This document shows, piece by piece, positions 1 to 12,740 of a DNA stretch of 64,000 bases. Source of the stretch: Sphagnum compactum (Eukaryota). Both the position numbers and the translations under genes were made by a program. Under the pieces are notes generated by a model. That model worked only from the letters and a program-made list of their open reading frames with translations. It had not been told where the DNA came from and did not search any database. The stretch covers positions 2,108,001-2,172,000 of the forward strand of contig OZ234494.1 of the NCBI GenBank assembly GCA_965153455.1, written 5' to 3'. Positions within the stretch are counted from its first letter, which is position 1; each line of letters starts with the position of its first letter.

Positions 1-399
1 TTTTCTCACCCTTTGTGCTCATGGAGATAGTCTCTAATACCTACTTTGATGCAAACGGGGCCCACATCTTATGTACAACTGAATTTGGAGAAGTTCAATT
101 AGTGTGACCAGATAGGGTTTTGAAAATTTTCATGCAACATGAATGATGGATGAGTAGTGAAAGTTAGTATTTGGGTGCATGACTGGGGAGGTGCTAGAAA
201 ACAGATGCACAGTGCAGCTGACCCTGCATTAATTGTGGGGATTTGGGATGACATGATGCCCCCACGTTCATGGCACAGGTCACTTTGAGGGATAGACTGA
301 CCAGTGACTCCTAGGTTACTTTGGACACTGTGTTGAACTACTGAAGAAACAGTGGAAGACTGTTCTCTGACTCTGGTCCATTAGATAAACACATGCTAG

Positions 400-522
400 A
401 ACAAGGGATGTGTCACACTGTGGCCTTGCCATTTACATTAAAAAGTATCTTAAGGCAAAAGAAGAATTATGGAAACTCAATCATTTCACCGTGCCAAAAT
501 TTAATCTTCAAAAAATCCTCTA
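400..522 (+). repeat. Dispersed repeat family A, truncated copy
   Basis: Shares cacactgtggccttgccat..acatta..agtatcttaaggcaaaagaagaa..atttcacc..gcaaaaat.taatcttcaaaaaatcctct with the copies at 6940-7205 and 50085-50365. Confidence 0.75.
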
Positions 523-1565
523 GAGTCTTTGGGCCTCTTTCAGCACTATTGTAAAGTAAAGAAATTTTATTGAATTTGGGTACGAAATGCTGAAACTCAG
601 CATTTAATGCATAAGGTTCAAGAGTAATTATAGTAAGTTGTAAAGGTGGGAGTAGTGAAATTATGTGTAGCAATTGTGGAGGTGCTAGGAAAAGGGAAAG
701 TCAAGGTGAACTCTGTTTAGCACAAAAATTTCTGAGTTTTCTCCCCTCTGGGGCCCCTCGCCGTTGAATACTAATGTTTCTTTTAGCTGTGTTGTTTTTA
801 ATCTCACCCTGTTTATTACCAAACTCAAGCTTCTAGAGTTGTGTTTTTCTAACTTTAAAGATAAATCTATTGTATGCCCTTAATGATCATACTTTTTTTA
901 CAAATTCATATTAATTAGTTGTAACTGCATGTTTCACGTTTATTTGTGCAATGAACCATTTGGTTATCAGCAAAAACATTATGGAATCCCCTTCCTTAGG
1001 TAAAATTCATATTTTTCACATTGTTTTACATTTACATTATTTAACATGGTCATTTAAAATGATATAAGTGTATTTGTTTTATGCTTACATTATTTTTCAT
1101 GGCCGCATAAAATCGTATGAATGTATTTATTTTTACACTTACATGATTTTACATGACATAAAATAAATTTACACAATTTTGCACTTACATGTTTCATGTT
1201 TAACATTTTCACTTACATTACATTCCCAAACCATTTACACAAACAACATTAATACCAACCTCCTCCCATTTCATGAATAGTACAATATGTGTGCATCATG
1301 AGTCATGCACCTTATAACATCCTTCCTAGTGCATGGCACAACATGTTTGGAATGAAAAACAATAAATATTATGTTGGATTAGGGGAGTAAAATGACTTTT
1401 GACTAGCATTTTTAGTTGGTGAAAAACATTGCATAGCTTTAACACCTAGTATTGATTAACTAAATTGATTGATTGGTCAAAGTGATTTGCTATTAATAGT
1501 CTCACACCTTTCACAATCCCAATTTCTTATGTGTGGCTAAGGCATGGAAATAATAAACATGGGGT

Positions 1566-3396
1566 GGACACTAAACAAGAGCAACGAATTAAATGTAGCA
1601 TTGGTTTTGATGAAGTTGCAAAACAATGCCCAACAAGAAAAATATTTTCAAATTTTTTTAATTGTACTAAGAACTATGATTAACATTTTAAATATCTTTC
1701 TTACACAATATTTTCAAGGAACAAAAATGATCTAGTGGTTAGAATCTCCCTTTTCAACCAAAGGGTTTAGGGTTCAATTTTTTTCATTTATTTTTTCTAT
1801 GAACAAAATGGAAGTAAAAAACATTTAATAATTTATTTAGTTCGATGCCCTAGGAAGAAAGGGACTTTCCTCATAGAGGAGACAAAATGGTAACCCCAAC
1901 TATGCTCCCTTGAGAGAAAAGGAATAACTTTCCAAGAAGAAAGGAACTAAGTTGCCTTAAGGTGAAAATACAATATGGATGATTACATAATCCTATTACA
2001 ATTTGATTATTGGCCATGGAATTTTTAAAAAATGAATAATATACAAAAAGGATTCAATAAAATAATAATTTATATGAAATGATCATATCATATAAATTTT
2101 GAGTTGTCATAACATATTGGACTTTTGAAATGTTATAAAATTACATCACAACCCATATTATATGATTGTGGACTTCACACATTTATTAAAATGCCTAATT
2201 GAGTGATTTTTGGGGACATGGAAACTATTGTGATGCAATTGAAATAAAAGAATTAAAATTTGGAAGATTTTGATGACCATAATTTGAAATATTTAATGAT
2301 ATATGATTTTTCAATCAATTTTTTATTTATTTAAATTGATAATACATTTTTTTAATTTTTCAAATGTAAATTTTGATATAATTACCTACCATTGATAGAG
2401 TCTTTTTTTAAGAAAATTAAAAAAATATCCTTGACATATGATTTGTGTAATATAGTTATCTTGCTTATAGTGTATTTATAATGTTATTTTGACCATTTTT
2501 GGCATTATGATGGATTCCACATATGTTGGAATGTATTACACCTTAATATGTTTTTGCTTCAAGGAACAACTCTTGGGGAGAAAGGGATTAAGTTGCTTTA
2601 GAGAGCAATTTTTGCTAAGGAAAAAAAGATTAAATTACCTCATGGAACAACTTCCTTTAGAGAGAAAGTTTTTGAATATTTGACAAGAAAGTCAAGGGAG
2701 CAATTCTTTTCCAAATTAAACGTTTTTTATACCATTGAAAAACTCTCAAAACATAGATATCTAAAATAATCTTGCACTTTTAATTTGATGTTGTGAGCTA
2801 AAAGTTATGACCAAAAAAAAGTTGAAAGTTAAATTTTCCAAGTCCTCTTTTCATCAAGGAGGAGAGGAGTTCCTTTCTTCAATTAAGTTCCCTTTGCCCC
2901 ATAGGAGAAAGGGATTCAATTGCCCCATGGAGCAACTTCCCTTGGGCAAAAATTTCTTAAATGTTTGACAAGAAAGCTCAAGTGGCAAATGTTATTCAAA
3001 TCAAACATTTTATATACCATTGGAAAGTTTTTCCAACACAGATATCTAAAATGATTTTTTATTTTTGAGGTTATGAACATAAAGTTATCAAAAAATTGGG
3101 GGCAATTTTTCCAACACCCTTTCTCCAATGGGCAATTGAATATTCTTCTCCTTGGGGGACAAGGCTTTCTTCCCGGGGGACAAAGGAGCATTGGAAAATT
3201 TCATCCCTGGCTTTCCTTTTTTCCATAACATTCCATTCATAACCTTAAATTTAAAATGCATTATATTTTTAAATATATAAGTTTCAAGAACTTTCCAGTG
3301 GTATACATAAAGTTTATGTTTATCCCTTGAGTTTTTATCAAACATTGGGGAACTTGTTCTTTGAAGGAAATTGCTCCATGGGGCAACTTAATCCTT

Positions 3397-3430
<34 letters not shown>

Positions 3431-4068
3431 GGGAGAAGGCAATTTGAAAAATTTGATCCTCAACTTTTCTTTTTGTCATAACTTTTTATTTATAACTCAA
3501 ATAAAAAATGCAAGATCATTTTAGATATCTCTGTTTCGAAAAAATTTCAATGTTATAAACAATCTCCAATTTGAGCAAAGTTTACCTTCGTTATTTTCTT
3601 GTCAAAACTTTAGGAAGTTTCTCTTTTGAGCAACTTAATCCCTTTCTACCCAGGAGAAGTTGCTCCCTTGAGCAACTTAATCTCTTTCTCTTTGAAAAGT
3701 TGTTCCCTTCACCTTGGGGGAACATGGTTGGGGCTATCATTTTTTTATTCCCTGAGAAAAATCCCTTTCTCCCCAAAAACATTTAGCTTGAAGAAGTTGC
3801 TTAAAAGATATTTTTTTAATCCATTTTGTTCATGGAAAAGAAATTTGAAAAAAAAATTCAAACCCCGAACCCTTTGGTTGAACAGGAAATTCTAATCACT
3901 AAATCATTTTTTTCCCATTGAGAATATTGTGTAAGAAAGATAACTAAAATGTTAATCATAGTTTGCGTATAGTCGAAAGAATTCAAGAATAATTTTTTTG
4001 TTGGGCATTGTTTTGTAACTATGTTAAGATTAGTATTGCATTTAATTCATTGTTCTTGTTTAATGCTC
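1566..4068. mobile_element. Foldback / Mutator-like non-autonomous element with long terminal inverted repeats
   Basis: About 1570-1850 is a diverged reverse complement of about 3790-4065 (shared caaaacaatgcccaacaa, actatgattaacatttta, tatctttcttacacaatatt, caaccaaagggtt). An internal module occurs direct at about 2680 and 2965 and inverted at about 3200-3340 and 3440-3610. Poly-C run at 3398-3428. Ends are approximate and no TSD was identified. Confidence 0.7.
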
Positions 4069-4169
4069 ATTGTATCTCTTGGACATGATATTTACTCTTA
4101 GAGACTTGGTAGGTATTAGTGCTATTGCTAAAAGTATTCCCATGTTGAATAATTTTGTGTAAGGTAAAG

Positions 4170-4620
4170 CTTAAGGTGGGGGCATTCCCAAAATGCAAAC
4201 CCAAGGGCTTTACCATTGTAAAAAACAAGATGAATATTACCATGAACCTAAACACACATAAATAATACATATCAAGGGGTGGGTTCTTATGTGTTCTCTT
4301 TACGAGTGGGATAGATATCACATTTAATAAGTAAGCATAATATCTCTTGCACTCAATATTTCTCTTCCTTGATGTGCCTTTTCCTTTAAGGAGTAAGTGT
4401 AAAATCCATCTTCTTTTCTAAAAAGGATATTCATATCTATATATAAACAGGTGCCCTCCAAATAAACTAGAAAATATCTCCACATGCTTTACAAATTGGG
4501 AAGATAACAATTTGTAGAGTACATGGCACTCTAATGCTAAGTCTTTGCCCCAAATCATGCATAGGAGGGGGAGGGTTCATTCTTATGCGTACTCCTTAAG
4601 AGATATTTTCCTTTTACCAT
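4170..4620. repeat. Dispersed repeat family B (MITE-like), copy
   Basis: Motifs ctttaaggagta.g, aaggatattcatat, ggtgccctccaaata.actag.aaat and ttcttatgc.tactccttaagag recur at about 19540-19650, 20025-20145, 31000-31340, 31760-31870, 32420-32660 and 34215-34260. Confidence 0.6.
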
Positions 4621-6939
4621 TTTTTCACATGTGAGCACAACAATTATGCCTGAGAATTTTCAAGTACATTGGACAAAAGATCTTTTCATTGTGCTTGCAA
4701 AGGGGGTTAAGCATCCCACCACAATGTTGGTGGTGTTTAATTAACATTAAACAAATTGGAGTAGGTTTTTACTCTTTCCACATGCTTGCACACTTTTTTT
4801 CACTACTAGCATAACTTTGCCCAAATTTTCCTTCTGATAGTACCAAAAAAGCATTTTTTTATTGATAAAAATTCGCCAATTTTTTTAAAATTTTAATCTA
4901 AATGCTAAAGTGAAGTGAGTTTTGAGGTTTTCAATGGTTAGAATTTGAAAATAATAAAAATTAGTGTTTCAATATGCTGCACATTACTGGTGATGGTTTT
5001 GTTTATTGTTTACAAGGGTTTTAAAAGTTATGTAAAGAGCATTTATAACACGTAGATTTTTAATACTAGAGATGTGCACCATTTGATTGTTGTCTTACAT
5101 TAGAGCTAATCTAAGTAAGGACGATTTGTTTTGGGGTCATTATTGAGTTTTTTTTACATGAATATCTAATGTGACATTGTTAAAGTTAATTTTATGTATG
5201 GATCCACATTTATCCACATGATTTTTTTAATAACAAATTAATTTGGGTTGATTTTTTTGTGGATATGGTACCAAAAAATGATTTGATAAAAAAACATCAG
5301 TACGGGTTCTCATTTGTGTGGTAATATATTTGAAAATTATGGTTGGATGTTAAAGGTTATGTCAACTACATAAGCAATAACAAAAAGTTCACAAAAACAT
5401 GTATCATGTTGTTATATGATAGTAACATAAGTTAATGGGTAAAATGGAAGAAAACTTTGAAGCTTTTCAAATGTTTTATGATTCAAAATTTCATTAGATG
5501 GTTTGTTGGAATCAAAGATTATATATTTATAATGAGATGCATGCAAATCAATGAATGACAATATCTAGTGGTTTTCATTGATGTTGATGTGTTCAAAACA
5601 TTTTGTTTATATTGGATGCTTCCACATAATTGAGAATATGAATGTTAATCATATGGTTGGTTTTTGAGATACTACATGTAAATCATTTGCGTAATGATTG
5701 ACATATGTTCATTTGTTGGCCATATTTGGTATTCTTGGAATTTTTTTAAAGAGTAGGATTTTATCTCAATTTTATGGAGGTAATTTCATAAATTTTAGAC
5801 ATAAGATGTGAGAGATATTGAATTTTCATTGAATTTTTCTCATTTGAAATTTGATCAAAATCAATAAAAATTGAAGGTGAATGAAAATTGGATTTCAAAC
5901 TTTACATGCTAAAGATGGTATACATTGCCCCATTCAACATTATTTGGTTTGCTAGAAAACCATCATGTGAGGTTAAACAATTTTGGGTTTTAACTTCATC
6001 CAAGTGTCTTGGAACAAACGAATATTGTTTAATGTTGACTAGTGTGGCTCTTGTGTTGTTGGCCCAAGTGTGATGATTTTCAAGGTTTTAAGTGTGCAAC
6101 TTTCCAAAAAAATCTTTCAAGGCTCTAGAAGACATACCTAAGGTGAAATGTGATGGTATGAAAACAGAAATAGGATGGCCTATGGGAAATTCTGTGTGCA
6201 TTTCCCACATACGATGGGGAGGCCAAACAAAAGGGCCAATATAAGGACGAAACATTGATTGGTTGAAATAACTTATGTCTTATTGGCCAAAGTGTGAAAT
6301 GTGTGTATGTGAAAAAGGCCCCTTATTGAGTTCAAACTATAAAACATGATCAAACTTTATTCCTTGATCCTCTTCTTGTAACTGTTTAATCAAGAACTTA
6401 TGAATAATGTTTGAACTTAACAAAAATCTAAAATAGACAATTTAAAGCAAAGGGTTAAAAGCAACCAAAATTAAGTTGTTTAACAAGTTTATATAAACTC
6501 AAATTTAATTTAACCTATGTCTAAAAGGATCACTGCCAAACAAATTCAACAAACCATTTCCTACCTGAAAAAATCTTTACATGAACCAATTCCAAATGAA
6601 ATTTGTCCGGGCCACATCTCGACATTTGGTTGTAACCAAAAATATTGAAGGAGTTTTGAAGAAAAGGAGCCAGGGAATTTTAGATGATTACTATGTAGGT
6701 TGGTAGGTGAGTGAGTGAGGCACTTGGTGGTTACTAGGTAGGTAGATGCATGTGGATGGTCAGTACATACTTAACCACAATGATTAACATGAGACAAAAA
6801 AATCAGCGAATTTTCGCATGGTGGAAACAATGTTTTTTTGGGAAATTTTCATCTTTTTAGTGAAAAAATGAAAAAAATACCAAAATTTCGAAACCGAAAA
6901 AAAGAAAAAAGAAAACCCCTGACACAAGAACACAACCAA

Positions 6940-7205
6940 CCAAAACAAGGGGTGTGTGTCAGTCACACTGTGGCCTTGCCATGTACATTAAATAGTATCT
7001 TAAGGCAAAAGAAGAAACTCAAATATTTCACCATGCAAAAATATAATCTTCAAAAAATCCTCTAAAAGAAACCAAAATCGTTCAAGCTACTCTATAACTA
7101 ATCTCAAGTTTCAACACAAGCCAAAATACAATCTTTCAAAAATCCTCATATAAAAATAGACCTATTTCCTAGGGGCCAAAAAAATTCTCTTAAGCTAATA
7201 TACTA
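6940..7205 (+). repeat. Dispersed repeat family A copy
   Basis: Near-identical to the reverse complement of 50085-50365 over about 260 bp. Confidence 0.8.
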
Positions 7206-7621
7206 TATAGTGAATCGAAACACAGTATGCTTGCCTTGGGAGGCAAGGCCAAAAAAATGCTTCCTGTCCATAGTCCACACACACCATCCATCCTTGTTGG
7301 TGAGCTGCTGGGTGCTGGTTCACTCTGGTCCAGTTCGGACCCAATTCAAATTTACAAGCTGCCCCCCATATGTGTGGAGTCATGGTTCGATTGGCACCAT
7401 CATGCGAGTGCTGGTGCAATGTGACAGGCGATACCAGTCGGTTTGGCTGCCTAATTTGACAACGTCCAGGAAATTAGCGAAGCCCTGGGTCCTCGATGTG
7501 CGAGTGTTGGAGGAGGGGTGATGGAATGTGGCAGAAGACATGTGAGTTCCTGGTTTCAAAGATATCCAGTGAAATGATGCTCTGAGTCTTTGTTTTCCGC
7601 TGTGCATCACACAGAGGAGGA

Positions 7622-7812
7622 ACACTCTCAGCAGACTCTGGAATCACATTCAGGCCCACATCGTGACAGACCGGTTACAGCGAGTGCTTTGAGTTTTAGG
7701 TTCTGAAACTCTCAGCAGACTCCAGAGTTGATAGGTGCTAATCACATTCCAATCACCAGGCCCACATCGTGACAGGCAGTTACAGTGAGTGCTTTGAGTT
7801 CTAGGTTCTGAC
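7622..7812. repeat. Imperfect local tandem duplication (about 85 bp and 105 bp units)
   Basis: actctcagcagactc...aatcacattc...caggcccacatcgtgacag...gttacag.gagtgctttgagtt.taggttctga occurs twice in tandem. Confidence 0.85.
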
Positions 7813-10174
7813 ACCCATTCTCAAATGATATTTCTGACGTCTTCATTTGCAATTTCAGCAGCATAGTTCCTTTTTCTTCGAGCTTTTCTTTTGGAGGGCA
7901 TTACAGATTCCAATTACCACTGTGTTCAATTTAATATTCCATATTCCTCAAGCACAAATGCCAAAGCAAGCAAATGGTAAGAAACTAGTCAGAACGTTCG
8001 AGCCTTCAAGGGACATAATGCATAAGTAAGAGCATCCCTAACGGTGAGAGCCATTTGTTCCTGTATCAGTGTTTATCACATCCAAGGACTTGGATTAATT
8101 GTCTTCTCCTCCCCACCCATAATCTTCAAAAGTGAACTGCCATAAGATGAAATGGTGTTTAAACGGAACAACCAGGGCCAATCGTTAAAGGCAACTGGTG
8201 AAAAGCAATCATTTTAGCATCCCATGGCTCTTTTAGCCAAGACATAATATGACCCTTTGACAAGTCGAACCTAGACCTTGTTGCGAAAGTGCCATCACAT
8301 GGCGGAGTTTCATCTAGATTTTGGCATATAGGTGACGAAGTTCCATCTAGGTTTTGGCGTATAGTGCCATTATAGCACGATCGTGAGAGATGTTCTAAAA
8401 GTTTGTTTCCATCAGGCCATTGTGATCATAGATTCTACCTTAACAAAATGCACAACTAAAGGTTTATTAGGTTGTTATGATCATAGATTCTGCTTCAAAA
8501 ATATTTTTTTGTTACATTTGTTTCATCTAGTTGTGTTCAAAGTCATCACAATCACCTCAAAGTTTTGTAGGTCAACATTGACCAAAGACAGGTGTGTGAG
8601 CTGTGATCACTATCATCTCAGAGATTTTCGGATCAGTGATTAAATGTAGAGTTGTGTGAGTTGTGAGTCAACGTGTGAATCATTTGAAGTCGACATCTGT
8701 CATCTTTTCGTATGATATCATATGTTATTGTAAATTTCCTACAAAGTTCTCTAGGTATGAAATATTCTCAAACGATTAAAAAAATAATTACTTCTAGATT
8801 TGCAAACTAATTTCCTACATATGAAATATTTTCAACAATTTTAATGACATTTTATAGTTTAATTACATTTTTTAATGGAAAGTGCTTATTATGCAACAAA
8901 AAAACAAAGCCCCATTCCATTTCTATCATCGATTAGAACACATTACATTGTCTGTAAATATGCATATTATGCAACAAGAAACAACGTCCCATTTTTGTGT
9001 CCACTATGATCACATCATATTATATATAATTATGATCAGAGCAATGGCTATGATTTTATCACAACAATCTAATGGCAAGAGAACCTAAGGTGCAAGTATC
9101 TCTACTAGAAGTGGGAACATGGTGACAACTTTTGAAATCCATGAAAGGAAGGAGAGAAAAGTAACTTCAAGGAGTAGTTGTCTTATTCTTTTATATATTG
9201 CTTGGAATGTGAAGGTATGGAATGGTATTTCCATATTCTCCTGCAGTCCATATCCCTTCAAACAGCTAAAGTATTAAAAAAGGAAGTCTAATCCATTATC
9301 TGGAGAAGCTAAATACGTGATAGAAAGATTCAAGTTCTGCCATGTCAGCAGCAGCACATAGGGAAGTTGGTGTGTCAGATGTGAAATCTGCAATGACTGG
9401 TTGCTTTAAAATACCAATTTTTGTAACCGGCCAATCCTATGAGTTCCCATCTGTATGGAACGTGCTACACTAGTGTTAAGAGATAAAGCCCAACATGGCA
9501 CTTACACTATTCACCAGGCATGTTCTGCAGTTTAGAAGGTAGATCAGTCACATTCCCCCTTGCAAATAACACGAAGGACAAAATTTGTGCACTTAAATTC
9601 CACTAGTATTATACTATGTTAAAAGTCCAATTGTTTGGTTGCACCACTTCATGAAAGGCCCATACTATATTATATCACTGCACATAATAATCTCTTTGCT
9701 AATTTCTTAACATCAAAATATCTTCTCATTAGGTATTTGATGAACCAAATTTCTTTTTTGATGTTGCAGAACTGAATGCTTGTTTGGCATGAGAGGCCCT
9801 GAACAGGATTAAGGTATAGATTACGGAACGTGGTGCCATTATTTTCCTTGAATTTTTGCACCAGGTGTGAAAATCAATGGCAAGCATAAGGGGAGGATGA
9901 GGTAGTTTACCAATGAAAACCAAAATAGTAAAGTATCAAAAACATAAGCCTGTTCAATTCGGGCATGAAAGTTAAGTTTGACTCCAGAAAAAAAGGACCA
10001 AAAGATTAATGTTTAGTATCAGAAGTCTACTGTTGATGTCTGTGTTTGTGGCAAGAAAAAATCAAGGTCCCAAATACTCTGGACACAACTTGATCTCAAA
10101 AAATGGCAAGATGGTCCAGTGTTATATATTGCATCTAGCTTTCGGTGCAAAACTAGGGAATCAGTTAGGGGATG

Positions 10175-12593
10175 TCAGGAGCAGCCACCACTGCTCACTG
10201 AAATCTGTCTACCACTAGTACTGGAACAATTCACTGCCCAATTTTCTATAATATTGCCATCTGCATTGAGATCTGGAACACACCCCTTCATAAGCTGTGG
10301 GGCAATCCCCCTCAGGTAGCCGAGGGTTGAACACCCTTGAAGATTGATGGAGAAGACATAGAAAGTGGGAATATCAGACATTGAAAATCCATTGAAACTG
10401 GATCCAGCAGCAGCTGTGTATGCTCCCATGTCAGGGAAAATGATCCAATCCCCAATGGATAAATCAGGGAGTGATGCACCTTGCAAGACAGTGTCTAGTC
10501 CATCACACGTTGGCCCAAAGACTGTGGAGTTATGAGTGGGAAGACTGCCACAATCACCATGGCAATTATTGTTCTTGGACTCATCTGCCAAACAAATAAG
10601 AGGACGATACTTGAGCACAGCGTGATCATAGAGCAGACAATTCATGGAACCATAGATTCCATCATTGATCCAGTACTCCTTCACTTCTCCCCGCACACGC
10701 TTACCAATGACAGTTGTTGCAAGGGTGGAGGGTGTTTCTGCAAAATAGCGTCCCGGTTCTGCAATAATCTTCACACCCATCTCAAGTGGGAAGTATGCAT
10801 CCAATGCATCATTTACTGCTGCAGCTGCATCCAAGAATTTCAGGCTGCCACTACTTCCAGAAGTAAAGCCACCACCAATGTCTAAAATGTGCATTTTGGG
10901 CAGACCCAGTCTTTCAGATATGTTGAATACTTCACGAGCCGCAGCTATAGCATCAGTAAATGAAAAGGCATCTGTTGCTCCACTGCCAATGTGAAATGAG
11001 ACACCTGCAACCAGAGGTCAAGTTGTGCAACTCAGATGAGATTTGTAGGCAGATCAGATTGGCCAAATCAGTGTAATATAATAATTTCTGACATAGCAAC
11101 CTTGCTGTAAATTTCTACCTTCCAGATATAATTGTTTTCCGTGAAGAAATGGTTTGTGTATCTATAAATTTCACAGTCTGCAGCATGCTGTGGGCAGCCT
11201 AGGATTAAGCAAAATATGGTATTTCCTTGAATGGAATGGTATCAGCAAAAAGGTTGAAGCCTCTTGCTGCAAGATTCATAAGATGAATAGAAGCAAATCC
11301 TGTAAGAACAGTTCACTTCTGCTGGAAAAATGTGCTAGAGACAAGCATTCCAAGTTTTGCTGGAGAGGCTGTGCTATGGCTGGCCATGTCGCAGCAGCAC
11401 TGTTTTTCCAACAAGCACAAGAACTGTTCACCACAAGGTCTCTCATGCAAACAGATGGGGGAGGGATGGTTACCTGCAACGGGGACATGGAGGTTGTCAG
11501 CAACGCGCAGAAGGTGTTCCACTTCGTACATGAGAGCCCCATACTTCACTCCCAATGGACAGCGAGCTCCTCTGTCATCGGTTCGGATGCGCAGCAACAG
11601 AACGGCTCCTGGGTGATGCGCTTTCACTTTGTGCACCTGCGAAGGCGGCGGCCAGCAGGAAAACAGAATTGCTCAGGCTGCCTTTGTGTCACTCAGGCTT
11701 CACAAACATCCCGGATTGGTAACATCCTGCTGAGAAAGCAGTTTGGGAAGGGAGGAGAGGAATAGGAGAAGAAGGTACCTCGCTTTCGGAATCGAAGGTG
11801 GTGAGATTCACGCCCACGGAAGCGGCATAGGCGACGTGCGATTGCATTTTGCAGGGATTTGCGAAAACGATGCGGTCGGTTGCGACGCCGAGATCGAGCA
11901 CTTGCGAGATCTCCGCCTTGCTTGCGCAATCAAAGCCCGCACCGAGAGCCGCCAGTGTGGTAAGCAGCGCTCGGTCCGGGCTGCACTTCACGGCGTAGAA
12001 GGGCCGCACTCTTGGCATCGCTTGCACCCATCCTTGAAACAGTCGAACCAGCAACCCCAAGTCTAGCACGTAGAACGCATCCTCCATTCCATGTTTCTGC
12101 AGGTTGCGAAGGAAAAAAACTCTTGAGAGTCTGTCTCATCGCAACAATGGCTCTCAGAATTACACATAGCAGCACAACAACTTCAAGACGAGCTCCGTTA
12201 GCCTGCTGGGACCGACCCGTCTTCCGAAACCCAGAAATCCATCAAGCGAACGGCGGTCGAGATGAGAGAGCTTCGCCAATACTTGCTAGAAGCTTCACTG
12301 ACGACAAGCAAGTGTGTCATCCGACCGATTGATTGAACATAAAGGAAAAGCCAATCCAGGGCAGAAGCGGAAGGAAGCATTTCTTTGAAGTTGAAGAAGA
12401 AGAAGAAGAAGAAGAAGCAGATTTCTGTGTTTGCAGATTTTTTTGATACCTGGATAGTGGAGCGAATGAAGGAATCGATCTCGACATGTGACCCCGACTG
12501 CATCACGTGCATGGAGCCATAGGCATGTCGTGGGTCGGTCACGCTCATGGACTTGTCATCGCGATCACCACCCCATGCCGAGGTCAAGCCCAT
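10175..12593 (-). CDS. ODC: Ornithine decarboxylase (PLP-dependent, fold type III), 4 coding exons: 12593-12450, 12096-11779, 11636-11474, 11004-10175; 484 aa
   Basis: Manual splicing gives a continuous 1455-nt ORF. Introns are GT-AG: 12449-12097 (CAG|GTATCA...TGCAG|AAA, phase 0), 11778-11637 (GAG|GTACCT...GCAG|GTG, phase 0) and 11473-11005 (G|GTAACC...TTGCAG|GT, phase 1). ODC motifs occur in order: [15 protein letters not shown] (PLP lysine), [72 protein letters not shown] (catalytic Cys), [17 protein letters not shown]. Exon 1 and the exact start codon are less certain than exons 2-4. Confidence 0.93.
12393..12417. repeat. (GAA)n microsatellite in ODC intron 1
   Basis: About 8 GAA units visible; this produces the poly-F run in the 12198..12692 ORF. 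Confidence 0.85.
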
Positions 12594-12740
12594 GATGATC
12601 TTCTCTCTTCTGCTGCCTATCGACGTGAAGGAGTCTGTCACGCTACGAATCCCCCCACGCAACCACAGCGATAGTAGAGAGAGAAGAAGCAAAACAAGGA
12701 CGCAAAAGTAGCAGCAGCAAGGCGCAACAAAAAGCCCCTG

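Noticed and set aside
3261-3524. Poly-Gly / poly-Pro ORFs
   Set aside because: Translation of a poly-C run inside a foldback element.
5400-6200. PIF/Harbinger transposase relic (DGIHCPI-like text near 5915)
   Set aside because: Single short motif in stop-ridden AT-rich sequence; not supportable.
11154-11765. 203-aa plus-strand ORF and other ORFs antisense to ODC (10532..10885, 11743..12066, 12012..12332)
   Set aside because: Shadow ORFs opposite GC-rich ODC exons and introns; no recognisable motifs.
10175-12593. Catalytically dead ODC paralogue (antizyme-inhibitor-like) or lysine decarboxylase
   Set aside because: The PLP lysine (YAVKC), GGGF loop, EPGR, YDH and TCDGLD residues are all intact and ODC-type.
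12198-12692. 164-aa ORF as a separate gene
   Set aside because: It is leader sequence plus ODC exon 1 (12593-12450) reading on into intron 1; the poly-F comes from a GAA microsatellite.
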